DNA from: Flaccisagitta enflata
Taxonomy: Eukaryota
Direction of reading: 5' to 3'
DNA length: 64,000 nucleotides
Assembly: GCA_965153355.1 (NCBI GenBank)
Contig: OZ231126.1
Location: forward strand, 44,950,001-45,014,000
Positions 15,434-30,346 of the stretch are shown piece by piece (positions within the stretch are counted from its first letter, which is position 1; every line of letters starts with the position of its first letter). The notes beneath the pieces were generated by a model. The model ran no database searches and had not been told where the DNA came from. It saw only the letters and a program-made list of their open reading frames with translations. Both the position numbers and the translations under genes were made by a program.

Positions 15434-15823
15434 AAACTCCATGTAATGCTGATGGTTGCCCGACTCAAACTCCGCCGTTACACAAGGATTGGATCTCGAC
15501 GGTGGGAGTTGACGCCCTCGCCACCGAATTGGCGCTGTTGGAGAGAGATTTGCTGCTTCGCGTGACAGCCGAAGAGCTCGTCAATTATCACGTCGTCGTC
15601 GACGGTGTTGCGCAGCACATCAGCTCTACTAACTCGTCAGCGGCATCTCGTCGGACGTCTTCGTTGCGACGTCGACACGCGCCGAATCTTCATCAACTTC
15701 TTGGATTTGTTCGTCGACTCGTTCAACTGATTCAGACTCAAATCGTTGGTCGACAAACCGTCGACTCAAGAGCCGAAGTCCTCGTCAAGTGGATCCGCGT
15801 TGCCACAAGATGCTTGGATCCAG
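15434..15823 (+). CDS. RasGEF gene, exon encoding the N-terminal part of the CDC25 domain
   Basis: Acceptor CTTGCTTACAG, donor CCAG|GTCGGG. LATELALLERDLLLRVTAEEL, APNL and RAEVLVKWIRVATRC match CDC25 conserved regions; phase 1 joins 18622 in frame (CLDP-A-FRNFQS). Confidence 0.85.
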
Positions 15824-16385
15824 GTCGGGTTACTTGCCTCTGGACGTGCGAGTGATTGCGTAATCAGGACATGTTGTCGTCATTGTTCCCCTTGTATACT
15901 ACAGGACAAAAGTCTTCGTTCACTTGAAGAAATTATTCCATTTGACACATACAGTACGATGGGAGCAATAAGAGCAGTAGAAAGAGGGCCCTCTATATTC
16001 TCACTGTTTAAATATTTAACCTAAAGTTTTGGTTTTTTCAAATGACGGGTTCAAGGATGAGAACACAAAATTTCAAACTATGATTCATAAGAAAACCAAG
16101 TTAGATCGATGTCCCACATTTGCATAAAAGTGATAACTCTGTTGATAGAGCCATAGAACGTCAGAAAAACACTTTCAGTGTCTCAGGTTCAAATCCCGAG
16201 TGGTGCTGCACTTTTTTTCTTTTTGGTCAATAGTTAGAGCTAGAGGAATAAAACCATATTCACTTAAAGCTCTTGCTCATCAGCTTTTAGAAAAACCATA
16301 ATTGAAGCTACTTCATTAGAATAGTGAAGTTTGAAATGCATTCTCCATCTGAGGTTCTTTATTGCTTCCTATGTGGTGCATTGTA

Positions 16386-16972
16386 CTATCTAGAACATAC
16401 ATATCGACAGTACAGGGATTGAACACCTACTGTATGAGATCATAAAAACTCTAAAATATGATAGATACTTAATATTACATCTTTGGCGTTCAACAACAAA
16501 CTGTATATAGATTTTCTTAGCATTTTTACAAAAATGCTGAGAATAAATGCATGATTACTCTTCCTCATAAAATTTTATTTAAAAAAATTCCTTAGTGTAT
16601 GCTATGTTCTTCCTTTTGCTTCAGTTGCAATCCTAATGACTAAGAGAGGTTGAAATCAACCAAGAAATGCAACAAGTGCAAGGTGCTGTAATGAGGACAA
16701 AACAGGCAAAGGAAAACCTCCACCATCCTGGGAAAGAGACTTAAGAACTTACAAAGAAACTCATGCTTTTTTTATATTTTTTTGATTGGAGTATCAATCT
16801 TGTTTTGTTTTGCTTGGCATTTCTAAACGGCTTGAGCTTTAATGATGCGATTTGCGCCATTTGGTCAGAAATTCGAAGTAGTTTCAGAATCTCACTGATT
16901 TTTATGTAATTTTTTTATTCTTTATAGAGTTATTGCTTTAAATGCCTGTCGATATACATATGTTCTAGATAG
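16386..16972. mobile_element. MITE with TA flanks (Tc1/mariner-like)
   Basis: CTATCTAGAACATAC-ATATCGACAG and CTGTCGATATACATATGTTCTAGATAG imperfect TIRs, TA on both sides. Confidence 0.7.
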
Positions 16973-17528
16973 TATTATGTAAAGAAAAATGTCTATTTTT
17001 TTATCAAGTATCTCAAATTACATCTCTCCTTGGCCATGACGACTTCTTTTTGGCATAGAGACGATACATAGAGCTCTAATAAGAGTTTAACCAAGACTTG
17101 TCACTGGAGCTTATATGCCATTATTTTCAACCACTCAATTGCTTTTGTTGAAGATGCTTTATGGAGCTCATGGGGTTTTTATTAGGCAGATATCAACATT
17201 TAACAGGATTTTCTTTTCCAAGCAAATTCAAAATGAAAAAAACAAGAAAGAATAATGAATCTATATTAACAGCATTGCCATTCGCATCATCAAAATAACG
17301 CTTACCAGAATGAATTTGACTTGTTTTTCTGCATCTTTAAAATAGACATGTCATCTTATAATTGTTCTCATTTCTAAACGCTTTGAGCCACTAGAATGGG
17401 ATTGGTCTCAAATGAAAGACCTTTTGAAGTAATTTTTGAATCTCACCAATTTTTTCAACCATCTCCTACTAGAAGTACACTGAGTTATTACTGTTTATAG
17501 GTGAACGAAGAGTTTTGTTCTAGGTAGT

Positions 17529-17574
<46 letters not shown>

Positions 17575-18311
17575 ATAACAACAACAACAACAACAAAATA
17601 ACAACAACAACTACAACTGCAATCACAATAACAACAACATAAATGACCTTTAAACAAGCATAACAACAATAACAATAACAATAAAAACACAAAACAATCA
17701 AAGAAAAACAACAACAATAAATAAATAATAAATAAATAAATAATAACAACAACAAAAACAACAACAAAGACCACAACAACAACAACAATAAGCACAACAA
17801 GATGACAACAATAACAACAACAATAACAACAATAACAACAACAATAATAATAACAACAACTAAATATCAACATCAACAACAATAATATTAATAAACAAAT
17901 AAATAAAACAACAACAACAACAACAACACCAACAAATAACAATAATAACAACAACAACAAATAATAACAACAATAACAATAATAACAACAACAATAATCG
18001 ACAATAACATAACAAGGACAATAATGAAAAGTCTTAATAGCAACAACAGAACAAAACAATAACAATAAATAATAAACAAATAAATAAAAACAAATAACAA
18101 CAATAGCAATAAATAACAATAACAACAACAACAACAACAAATAACATCAACAACAACAACACCAAAGAAAAAAAAACACATCATCAACAGACAACAAACA
18201 ATAACAACCATACAAACAACGATGATAAAAACACGACAGAAACAATAACGACAAATAGTTGGCAAATAAATAACAACAGTAGAAATTAGAATAAACGCAA
18301 CTAACATCATC

Positions 18312-18345
<34 letters not shown>

Positions 18346-18456
18346 CAATAACAACAAAAACAATAAAAACAACAACAACAACAACAAATAAATAAATAAA
18401 TAACAAACAACAACAATAAACAACAACAAAAACAACAACAAGCAGCAGCAGCAACC

Positions 18457-18538
<82 letters not shown>

Positions 18539-18621
18539 ATCAAAAGGATAACAACAGCATTAACGACAAATTCATTTACATTTCTTTCAATTCCGCATAT
18601 TGATCCCTAATTCCTCCGCAG

Positions 18622-19654
18622 CTTTTCGCAACTTCCAGTCCGCCTTTTCCATCTCGTCTGCGCTTCGTTCTTTGCCGATATTTCGTCTCGAAACCACGTG
18701 GAGATTCATCGGCGAACACTCGACGAAAGAGCTGGAGGACTTCCGACGCCTCGTCCGCATCACCGACGACGCCGACAACTTCGCCGCCTATCGGAGAATG
18801 ACGGATGATGTAAAGGTGCTCGACGGGACAGGAGGAGGAAGAGGAGGAGGAGATGACAGCGGAGAAGTCGCCTTTATCGCTCCGCTCATGTTTCTCGGGT
18901 TTTACGTCAACGAACGTCGTCGTCTCAATCAATGGAATCTCGCGGTAATTAGTGGAAGCGGTAGCAAGAATAGTGGTATTGGCGTTAGTGCTGGCACTAA
19001 CATCATTGGCGGCTGTGACAACAAAAGCGGAGACAACAAAAGCGGAGACACCGGAAATATTGCCAGCGGCGGCGGCGGATGCAGCGTGACCGGCGGCGGA
19101 GGTGTCAGCGAGGATGATTGGGCTGCGGAGTTGGTGGCAGACGTGGTTTTGCGTCGCGTCGAGTCTGAGGCTTTGGAACTGGAAACGCGAGAAAAGCTTC
19201 GACTTCTTTGTTTGTCGGAAACGCGTCACGATTCTCGATGGGCGTGTTTGATGTTGAGAGGATGGACCAAAGACAAGATCAAATCCATGATTCCCTGTTT
19301 CGCCGTCCCTGTTTCGCCGTCAGAGCGGCAAAGATGGAAGCCTTCGTCGCCTCGCAAAGGCCGATCGCTCATCCCAGGCGGAGGAAAGAAGAGGAGGAAG
19401 AAGAGGAATCGGTTCGCATCGTCGGTCGCGTCGCGGCGGCGCTCGACAAGTTCGTCAACTGCAATGAAGATCGTTTGGAGGCTCGGCTGTTGAAGGCGCA
19501 ATGCGCGGCGTTGGGATATCACAAGTTTGTCAGCGATCCTAGACTGCGGGCGCAGCTGCTGAGAAGTCCCTGCAACCCGGAAAAGGATAATTTGTTGATA
19601 AGTTTTCTACACGATCCCGTCTGCGAACTGAATCAATTTTGGAGGAATTTGTGA
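18622..19654 (+). pseudogene. RasGEF terminal exon, copy B, frameshifted
   Basis: Near-identical to 1315-2324, but the 14-bp tandem duplication CCCTGTTTCGCCGT (19293-19320) shifts the frame to a stop ending at 19493. Confidence 0.75.
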
Positions 19655-20588
19655 AAGAGGGTTTCTCATTGAGCCTCGACTATAAGGAGGAGGGGGTTTA
19701 ACCCAAGTCGCGATATTTTTAGTCGCGTGCACGCGACTCTACACACACTCGACTGACTCGCGATGTGAAATCCTGGGCTTAAATCCATCCTTAAATGGAT
19801 ATCCCTTGATTTAGAGCTTATGTAAGAATTAGTCATAGCGATTGGGCAACTTAAAAAGTTAAAAATGATATGATTTCAACCGAAGGATTTTCATCCGGAA
19901 AGAAATAATTACTGTGATTTACAATTAAACAGCAGTGGTAATAACCCACTTTGTCCGTCGGTCAGTTGGTCGGTCGGTCGGTCAGTCACACTTTACTTTT
20001 TTTTATGATTTTATTTCTTTGACCTCACTGCTCCTGCCCAAATAGTTTGATGACCTCAAATATGGCCCCTGCCCACCCGCACGCGACTTCGGTAGCCGTG
20101 TATCCGGCCTTGTTTTTATTTCTAGAGCTTTAGAGAGGAATGGAAAAAAATTGCTTTGAAAGCGAGAGAGACATAAATGCGATAAGTTGGTGGTAAAAAA
20201 CATAGATGAAGGAAAGTTTTCGATTTAAAGAAGTAGAATAAACAGAAATATGACATGCGCTGTGTTTTTACGTTTCATTTGGACGTTGTTATAATTGTTT
20301 TTCGGAGGAATAATGAATAGAAAACCAAGTCTACGCGACAAATACTCTAAATTCCATCAAGATGGTCATTTGTGTTTGGCGACGTTTGGGAAGGACGGCG
20401 ACAATGTCGCTTCTTCTCGTCAGAGGGACCTAGGGAGGGCACGAAAATGACAACTGAGCAACGTTAATAGTCGCGAGGACCATTTGAGCCGAAACGATGA
20501 CACGAGAATTACAGGAACCAAATCATTATGTGACCCGCCTTTCCCAACAGGAGGCTGGCGCAAAAGGGGTTGAGGATGGTGGAAGAGC

Positions 20589-20764
<176 letters not shown>

Positions 20765-21733
20765 CAGAGAGAGAGACAGAGAGAGAGTGAGAATCACACA
20801 CACACGGACACAAGCGGAAGAAAGATAATAACCCAAACCCACCGACCACAGTACTCACGGCAGTAATGAGGCTCACTAACACTGAGAGTAACAGAGTCAA
20901 ACTTGAGATGAGAAAAACAAGAAAAAGCAAGACCTGAGAGTCAAGGCGCGACGTGATTGGCGGACAGAAAACAGAAAAATGACGGACAAAGACCTGAGAT
21001 AGTGTTAGATGAAAGGGGCAGTGGATGTATTATGTGATGGGAGGCGTGTGATTCCTTTAACTACAGGCTGTTAGAAAGTAATGGGCAAAGAAGACGATTG
21101 AAAAAAAAAAACGCCTCCAGGTCTTATCTGAGATCTCGCCCATTAGACCACTTCACACCCGGAAAATGCAATACCCTAATTGATAGAGAAAAAGAACTCC
21201 TCCTTCTTTGATTATTCTTTCTCTTCTTATTCTTGTTATTGTTGATCAGCTTCTTCTTCTTCTTCTTCTTCTTCTTCTTCTTCTTCTTCTTCTTCTTCTT
21301 CTTCTTCCATTGGCGAATAGCCTCCTTCTTCTCCTCCTCAAGAGGTTTTTTCTTTCACTTATTCTTTTTCCGTTACTTCTTCTTCATTTTCTTTTTAGTT
21401 GCGGACACGCAACTCTATTAGAGGCCGTGTCCGTCCGTCCGTTGGTCCATCCGTTGGGCCATCAGCGCGAGTCGAAAGTGGGAAAACTAGTGTTTTAGAT
21501 GTTTTTTGTGTATGTATTTGGGGGTCGGACGTCCCTACCCACCCGTCCGCAATGATATTACGACCCCGTGTCATCTTCTTTTTTCTTTTTCTTTTTCTTG
21601 TCTTTCTTTTCTCATCGTTCTCCATTCTTTCTCCTTCTTAGTTTACTTGGGGGGGCTAATGATAGTTGTTTTCGTATTGTTGTTGATGTTCCTTTTTCTA
21701 ATTCACTTCTCATTTTTTCCTATGTGAAATGAT

Positions 21734-22291
21734 TACCAATAAAGGCGGCTAATCGCCGACCGGAAAAAAGTCGTAAATGGAAGTCTCTTTTTTCAGTGCT
21801 TGTTCTTCTGTGTGTGCATTTCATGATGTCTGGTTGATTGTCTGTTTTTGTTATTCAATCTGTGCGTTTTTTTCTGACTTTTTTGTCTGAACTCTGTCTC
21901 CCTTTTCTCTCCTCTCCCTGCCCTCTCTCTCCCTGTCTCCTCTCTCTCTCTCTCTCTCCTCTCTCCTCCCTCTCAGGGCTGATGCAGGTAATATGTTTAC
22001 TTCTCCCTATTGTTACATAAGACTGAAAATGGGATCACGTAAAAATATCGATTTTCATGAAACATGCAAAAAATAAAAAAAGATTCAAAAATTCATAACT
22101 TCTCAACTATTGATCGTAGAGACTTCTGGTTGGCGCCATTTGAAAGAGAAAAATAAGCTCTTTCTTAGCTGTGAGTATCAAAAAATGTATCATCCCAGCC
22201 CAAAAACTGCACAACTTGCGAAAATTGCCGCAAACCGAAAATGGAAAACTTTATTTCTCCCCTACGTTTCGTAATTCGACTTTTTTCCAAT
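21734..22291 (+). mobile_element. Unclassified dispersed element (TACCAATAAAGGCGG...GACTTTTTTCCAAT), copy-B insertion
   Basis: Same termini at 47354-48331 and 50213-51203; absent from copy A near 4243. Confidence 0.75.
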
Positions 22292-24221
22292 GAAAATTTC
22301 ATCCTCATTTAAGTTTTTGTTCTGTTCAACGCGCAGTAATCATCCCAGGAATAAGGTTTTTCAATCGTATTGCTTCACCTTTCACTCCGCCCCATTTCCC
22401 CCATTATTCTCTAGTCATCTCACATTATCTAATAGACTTTTTGTAAACCCTTTCCATCTGCCTATCCATCCAACCCCTCTTTAAGTCTGTATTTTACATC
22501 GCGTGCACGTGATTTTAAGATTTGCTCTGTCGATCTATCAGTCCGTCGGTACTTCTGTCGGTCTATCACTCTCAATCCCTACCACACGCAATAATTGGCT
22601 TCTTCTAATTTTATTGTTCACTGGGATGGACTCAATTTGGGTATTCGGAAAGTATTTCCAAGCAATATCATATTCCATTTGTATATCTAGAGGACGATAT
22701 CCTTGCAAAATCAAATTGGAGTTTGCACAGAATGACCATGGAAGAAATTCCTCACACAACTACGGCAATCAACTCTTTACAATAACAGCATTGATGACGG
22801 AGTGCCTAGATCATGTCCCCAAATGAGCCCAGCCTTTTATTCACATAACAATAAAACTACGACACAACGTCCATTTGAAAAAAAAAGGCCAAGGAAAGAG
22901 GACACAATAAACAAATTAGTCTGGCGGAAATTAGGTGTCTGAATTTGTTAACGTTGTTAAAAAATATAAATTTTCATAATAGCCTGAAATTTGAGCCTTA
23001 TGCTTTGAATTTGATACTCTTTTAGATCATATAGAAAAAATATTCTAATACAGTAGATGTCATCTAGACTTGGAAATACGGGGGAGCTCATAACCTGAGC
23101 ATCAATATAGTGAGGGGACTGATATTTTGTTGATATATTGTATAGACCCTAAGGGGTTGACGATGGGGTATGGCATCCCCCTATGGCTTACCCTAAGAAA
23201 AAAAATAAAAGTATAAAATTTTAGGATCAATCATTTTTTGCAGAAATTCAGCTTCATTCATTTGCTTTAAGGCCACCCGGGACCTCTGAGGGCTGACCCT
23301 GCCCTGCCCCTGCCAAGACTTAGGGAAATCCGTCCTCAAATCCAAACCTTTCTTCCTTTTCAGGAAATGGGGGTAAAAAAATCGATCCTAGACTTCCGGG
23401 AGACACAAGGTCAAGCTGATTTATGATATGAAATGCTTTCACCCATATGATTAAGATAAAAATTTTTACCCACCTTGTTCCCTATAAAATTTTTTGGGAA
23501 AATGACTTTTGTTGACAGTCATGAGAGGAACCTGTTAAACCCATTTTCTATATCTACGGGAAACTTTTCTTTTCCTAGATTCAAGAGTGCACACAATCAT
23601 AGTCATACAGTGCTAACGACGCTCTTGTTCCTGTTTGCAATAAGAATGTTATTACTTTGCATGGAAAAAAATCACTCATAGTAGCAATTTATCAATCTTC
23701 CCTTCAACGTTTTGTTTTACTATTTTCTTTGTTCTTTTTAATCTTTTCATCAAAAAATAAGAATTTGTTGGGTTGCGACGAGATTTGGTGACATTGTTTC
23801 TAGAAGGACACAGAGGCTGTCAAATTAACAAGTAAGTGACCGGTTCAATGAACAAAAGAACGAACAATCGAACAAAGGAACAAATGAACAAACAAACAAA
23901 CAAAAAAACAAACGAACGAACAAATGATGGAAGGAATGATCAAACGCTTGAACGAAGAAACTAGCGAATGATCGGGAAAACTATGGAGTTCAATTTCAAG
24001 GGTTGTCAAAAGAGCTCAGGGGTTAACTGATGAATTCGGGGGCTAGTCACAAAAAGAATGTATATGACAAATTAATTTCAGATCAAGAAAATGGAGACAA
24101 AGACTTAGAGTCGTAGAGACTTATGGCGTAACTATTTGGCGTGACAGATGCGTGTATAAATTCGTCCATTCTACCTGAAAGCAATGCATGTTTCCGGTAT
24201 GAGTAGTTAAGCTGCTTGCGT

Positions 24222-24489
<268 letters not shown>

Positions 24490-26892
24490 GCTGTCATCAT
24501 TACCTCACACACAATCAGCTCTTCTAGCGTTACTGAGCGCCTTTTTAAGTGCATTATTAGATGGCGGAAAGCAGGCAAGTGGACCCATAAAGTGACGATA
24601 TCATCCAAACTCAACAACCAAACCTTGGTGGTACATCATCCCTAACTGTCCAGACCCCCACCTGGGTAGGAATTCCCCCTTGTAGGGTCGGCGCATCGTG
24701 CATACATATCATTACCACTTGACTACTGATTTTTGAGGGAAAAAAGGTCTTTTTTCTACATATCGGTTCTTTTTTAAACTGATATTGCATATGAAAGACT
24801 CCCAAAATCATGACTGAGAAGATAACATACACCACTCGTACAGTGCAATGTTGAATTATGTCTACATCTTTAAGATTGCTGCGAGTTGCTGCAATTTTAC
24901 TAAGATTTTGCAGCAAATTGCGGCAAATCACCAAAATTTCGGAAAAAAAAGAAAAAAATTGCCGGAGGTTGATGATTAGTGCCCCTGTGATGTTTTCAGT
25001 TGAAGTATGCGCATTTTTATCAGCTTTTTAATATCCAAAATTAACACCCTTGCAGCAAATCATATTTTATGCGATTACGCAATTGAAAATAGAAGCAGAT
25101 CAGCCGCAAACTACCTAGATAGATGAAAGATGAGAAAATTACAGGAGTAATGCTGTCTTGGAGTTGGATGAAAAGTGATGTGATAATAAACTACTCTAAA
25201 TGTACATGACACTTTAAGAGTAGTCGCAAAAGCAACAGACGGTCAGCGGCACCTGTTCCCCTGTTTAAACAGCGCTAAAGTCAGTGGTGAAATAAGGCAA
25301 GACCCCAAAGTAATGATGACTCACGCCACCTACGGGGATTTTTTTACTTTTTCCTTCCTTCTTCTGTCCTCCTCTCCCCTTAACCAGCATCAAGGCCAAT
25401 CCCAGCCTGTCCAAATCCCAGCTAAAAACAAACCATCTCCTGACACTAAATCACTTTGGGATTCAAGGACGATTTGGGCCTCAGGCCTCAAGACCGGGAT
25501 TTGGGTCCCAGTGCCTGAGATTTAGCCACCCTGATATGATTTGGGCTCAAGGTTAGGGATATACCCATGCTGATTTAAATTTGGTTATGCTGGGATTTAG
25601 GCCTCTAAGGCTGATTTGGGCTTTGAGGCTAAGATCTGAGCCTAGAGATTAGGGACGGGATTTCCAAGGAGAGAGGAAAAATCCCTAATGTGAAAAATAG
25701 GTCATCGACCCTTTGAGCCGCTGCCCTGCGTCCTCCTCAACTTCAACCACAACCTACTTAGGCATGACACGGGTACCGCTGACCATCTAACGCTTTTACG
25801 ACTATTACGTTTTACTTTATCAGCGTTTACAGCGTTTTTTTTCTTTACTGCCCTTGCCCTAATGCAAGAGTTCAGTTGAACCCTACTCTTACAGGCCGCC
25901 CACTAACGTTATTCCATCTACAATGGATGTAACTTCTTAGTCTGTTCAACTTGTTTCTTGTTATTACCTAAATGGTTTGAGAGTCCCTTGAAATCCGTAG
26001 GAGCGTGATTTAACTGTAGTCTTTTATTATCACTGCCCATATCCACCCGCCTTGGGTAGCCATGTATCTGGCCTTGGTTTCCCCGACAGGTTTCTTAAAA
26101 AATCCCATCATAATCATTTTACACCCCAGATATGCCCTTGAAGCTAATGCTACTATTTACAAACATAGGCAAGTCTTTACACCGTTAATTTTCCAGACCC
26201 CATCCTCAATATTTTCTTTGTCTTTTTTATGTGCACCCGTAAGAAGTCTGTCTGTCTGTCTATCTGTCACACAAACGTTAAAACCCTGCAAAACAGATGA
26301 TTCCGATGTCTTTCCTCATTCCCAATACCTTTCACGCCAATATCTTTCATTTTCCTTCAGTCATTCATTTATTTATGTATTGATGTATTATCTTTTTTAT
26401 TCATCGAAAAGGTCATTCATTCATTCTTAACCAGCGAGGCACACATATTGGTCATGACTTGACAAGCGACTTCACCTTGCTGTGTCGCTCAGTAGGTCGA
26501 TAGGTCGGTCCATTTGTCTGTCACATTTTTAGGTGCGACAAAGCACCTCTATAACTGGCTGTGTCCGTTGTTTGGTTGGTTGGTCGGTAGGTTGGTTGGT
26601 TGGGTAACACATTCGTTCGACGATCCACACGTCGCACCTTATTAGCCTACTTGGCCTTGTTGAATTCCAAGCGGTTTTTGCATTGCTGCTCCTGCCAAAC
26701 TGTCTGCCGTGTATCTAGCCTAAGTTTGAGGGTATTTTTCTTTTTCCCTATGTTTTAAGAGGTCAAACGACCATTCAGGAGCAACAGAGAAGTGCAACTG
26801 GTGGCTGTTTATACGGTGAGAGGGACAGCGGCTCCAAAGGGACTGATGACCTTTGCTTGGGTTATGAAAAATCATGGAAAATAGCAGTCTCA

Positions 26893-27159
26893 GGGCGCGT
26901 TTCCAGCCACAGACAAGCATGTTTTGAACAGGCCACTGGTCGTTGTTACATTCGTTCGCCTTCGCACCACTCACTCTCTTCTGCATCAGTTCTGCACCGC
27001 TCTCCATTTGTTCACTCCAGCCCACGGGCTCGCCATCACTTTGCTCACTCACTTTAATAACTCCCTTGTGAGATGGTTGAAATTCATAAATATGTAATCA
27101 TACTGTAATTGCGTTCAATGGGAACAAACGGGTTTTTGGTCGTCAAAAGAAACACGCCC
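26893..27159. mobile_element. PIF/Harbinger-like MITE
   Basis: GGGCGCGTTTC/GAAACACGCCC termini, 3-bp TSD TCA; second copy at 31436-31697. Confidence 0.75.
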
Positions 27160-27204
27160 TCAGTCTTTAAAGTTGAGGTAAAGGCCTAAAGATGCGGCGA
27201 TGTA

Positions 27205-27604
27205 CTACGTGTGGATAAAAATATGCACCTATTTATTTATGGATAAAAAAGATATAAAAACCAAAACAATTTCAGCCAAAACATTTTTAAAGATTTTCAA
27301 AAATTTTTTTGATTCTAGACCAACTCCCAGATCTGTATCTCAAATCGTTTAGGAGCTAGAGCTCTGACAAAACAAGCACTATTTTGCTAAAATACATCTT
27401 TTACTTAGTGATTGCAAAACTGAAATGGAAATGTTTTCCTTTAAACTGTTGCCATTTCTAAACAAAAAAAGAAATACCAGATTGGCGCCAAATGAATGTG
27501 CATTTAAAGGGCTTTAAAACAATCTAAAATTTTACTTACTTATCTTAAGATTCAGCAGCAATATCAGCCATTTAAAAGTGCGTCTTTTTTCTAGATACGC
27601 GTGG
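27205..27604. mobile_element. MITE with TA flanks, related to the element at about 10566-10976
   Basis: Imperfect TIRs (CTACGTGT...ATGCAC / GTGCGT...ACGCGTGG); interior similar to 10590-10960. Confidence 0.5.
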
Positions 27605-29021
27605 TATATGAGAAGCAAAATTTAAATTGCCTGTCCACCCCTCAACTGGATTGCCGTGTATCCGGCCTTGTTTTTCCTTAGTTTCATAGAAAAGCGAAGT
27701 TAGGCAAGTCAATGAATCAGAAAGAAATTGAGATTGATATCATAGTTGCAGAGTTGCGACTCTATAACAGGTTTTGTCAGTCCATCGATCTGTCAGGCTT
27801 TCTGTTGGTCTGTTTGTCCATCAATTGACCCATATTGATAGTCAAAAAGTGTAGAGATGAGCAACGTTACCCTGCCTGAGTATATGGGAATGGAAGGGGG
27901 TGTAAAAAGGGTTTATATGCCCCTGCCCACCCATCCACAATGATATTGTAAAGCCACATTATTTGTTTTGTTTAAAAATCCAGTCTCAAAATTCATTCAT
28001 TACTCATTAGTCCCACCAGAATAGAATGAATGAATGAATGAATGAACAAGGTCAGATACACGGCCAAAACCAGTCGCGGACGCAGGGTGGTCCGGGCGAG
28101 AATGCGTATTTTCAACTCGAGCGTGACGGACCACCCGACCGACCGACGACCGACAAATGGACAAGTTTTTATAGAGTCGCTTGTCCGCGACTAAAAAGTA
28201 AATGAACAAAACTAAAAATGAATGTGAATAGATAATTGAACAACTGCCCTGTGGTTACAATACTGTCATGACAGAAGCAAATGCTATTTCACGTTTTTTT
28301 GGGTTATGGACTAAATCGACAGACAAGCCTCTTATAGAGATTGAAAGACATGTGAAGAGGTAAAGAGGCTAAAAGATTTCAAAGTTCTACCCTATTGACC
28401 AAAAAAACTGTGGGAATCAATCTTAAGCAATGCAAAAGGTTAGTATGAAGGAAAACGCTTGGTTTGCCACTGTCATAGTCTTTCTCCTCTTCTTCCTCCT
28501 CCTCTTTCTCCTCTTCCTCCTGATTTACGTTTTTTTTTATTTTTCAAAACTTTTTTTAATTTTTAAAAACTTTTTTAATCTTCTCATCATAAACAGCAAT
28601 AGCTCAGTAGCAAGATATAAACCCAAAAGCCAATGAGACAACATTTTAGAAAAAAGAGGGATAAATGTTGAAAAAAGGCATTTTAAGGGATAAACCCACC
28701 AAAAAACAAGTGCAATGCGCCGACCCTTCTCATTATAAATGGATACCTTTTCATGTCTTTCCGATTTCATATGTTGCTCCTACATTGAAAACTTTCCGAG
28801 CATGGTAGTTTCAACTTTACACCTCCCTCTAGCATTATTGGCCCACCAAAATGTACTATCTCTATCCCTACCCGCCCATATGCCATTAGGGTTCCCGCTT
28901 TTCCGACCTTGTTATTGACGATGGAGCTAACCCTAGGACTGTCGAGGCGTGAACCAATGTTTGGAGGATCCCATGATCCCACGATGCGTTTTCAAGGGGG
29001 ATGAAAAAACGAAACCAGCTA

Positions 29022-30346
29022 CAGTACCTTCCGAGCAAACCCGGCTAAAACTGGAGGATTAATTTTTGTTACTTTAATTTCATTTCCTAAACTTCATTTT
29101 TTGTACAAAACTTAATTAAAAGATACCTAATTTAGGGGGTCTCGCTTGTACCAAATTTTTAAAGAAAAGTGAAAAGGTCAATATAAAACTTGTGTGTTAT
29201 GATGATTGACATGTATTATGAGGGAAAAGCTAGCAATTTGGTCAGAAAAAGCTAAAATGAGTAATCCCAAGGCTTGCTTACCTCGCATATATTCTCTCGA
29301 TAAAACCATTATTTTGAGGGTCTTTGCTAATGTTATTTGAGTTAAAGAACTTAATTTCTCTTTCAAGAAAACCAGTTTTTGCTGTCAACTCCTAAATAAT
29401 AGTGTCAAGTTTGGGAAAATCTATTTGATGCCTCCTATCAACCTGGTTGGGTCATTTTCAGGTCATTTTACCCATATGCAACGGCTCTGATAGCGATTTT
29501 CCTCCCCTCTCAACTCAGATATGATTAAGAGTGCACTTTGAAATGGTAGAAAAACATGTATACCTATCCTTAGACCTTTGTCAGCATCTACCTTTCACTC
29601 CTACATTCAATTGTTCCCACTTCCCCTCTGCTAGGGCAGCTGATCTTATGTCTTTTAACATGTGGTTACGACGCCTTTCTAATAGAAGTCGCCCAAGGCC
29701 AGTCTTAAAACGCGCGCTTTGGGATTAGTCATTTGTTACAAAAATAGGTCCTTATGAGTTGGAACCAATAGAGCAAAGGTCAATTATCAGTTACTATGTT
29801 TATCTTATAATTCTTCAGCTTTAGTACTTCACTGTGATTCTGCTTCACCTGAACATATTTGCTGGTCAAAATAACTGCGGAAATCGTGCGCATGAGTACA
29901 CAACATTGAATGCTGTATTCCAGACCATTGATTTGACAAAAATTTTGATTATCCTAGACTCATAAGAATAGCTCAGTCAGATAATTATTTCAGATTTTAC
30001 AGCCATTTAAAATTTTTAAGGACAATTGTCTCAAAATGATTTAGGACAATTGTCCTTAAAAACTTTAAATGGCCATAAAATCTGAATTAATTGTCTGACT
30101 GACCTGTTCTTGTAGTCTAGAACAGATGAAATTTTCTGCCGAATCCAATGGTCTGGGTTAGAACACTCAATATTGATGTCTTTATGCACTTTGATTTTAC
30201 GAGTTATTTTTTTTAACAGCCAAATATGTTCAAGGAATTGAATATCTTTTAATTAAGTTTGATGCAAAAAATGAAGTTTGGGAAATGAAATTAAAGTTAC
30301 AAAAAATAATCCTCCAGTTTTAACCGGGTTTGCTCGGAAGGTACTG
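29022..30346. mobile_element. Non-autonomous Tc1/mariner-like element with about 105-bp TIRs
   Basis: CAGTACCTTCCGAGCAAACCCGG... and ...CCGGGTTTGCTCGGAAGGTACTG, TA on both flanks. Confidence 0.88.

Noticed and set aside
16137-16210. B-box-like GGTTCAAATCC suggesting a tRNA or SINE
   Set aside because: No cloverleaf, no clear A box and no second copy in the window.
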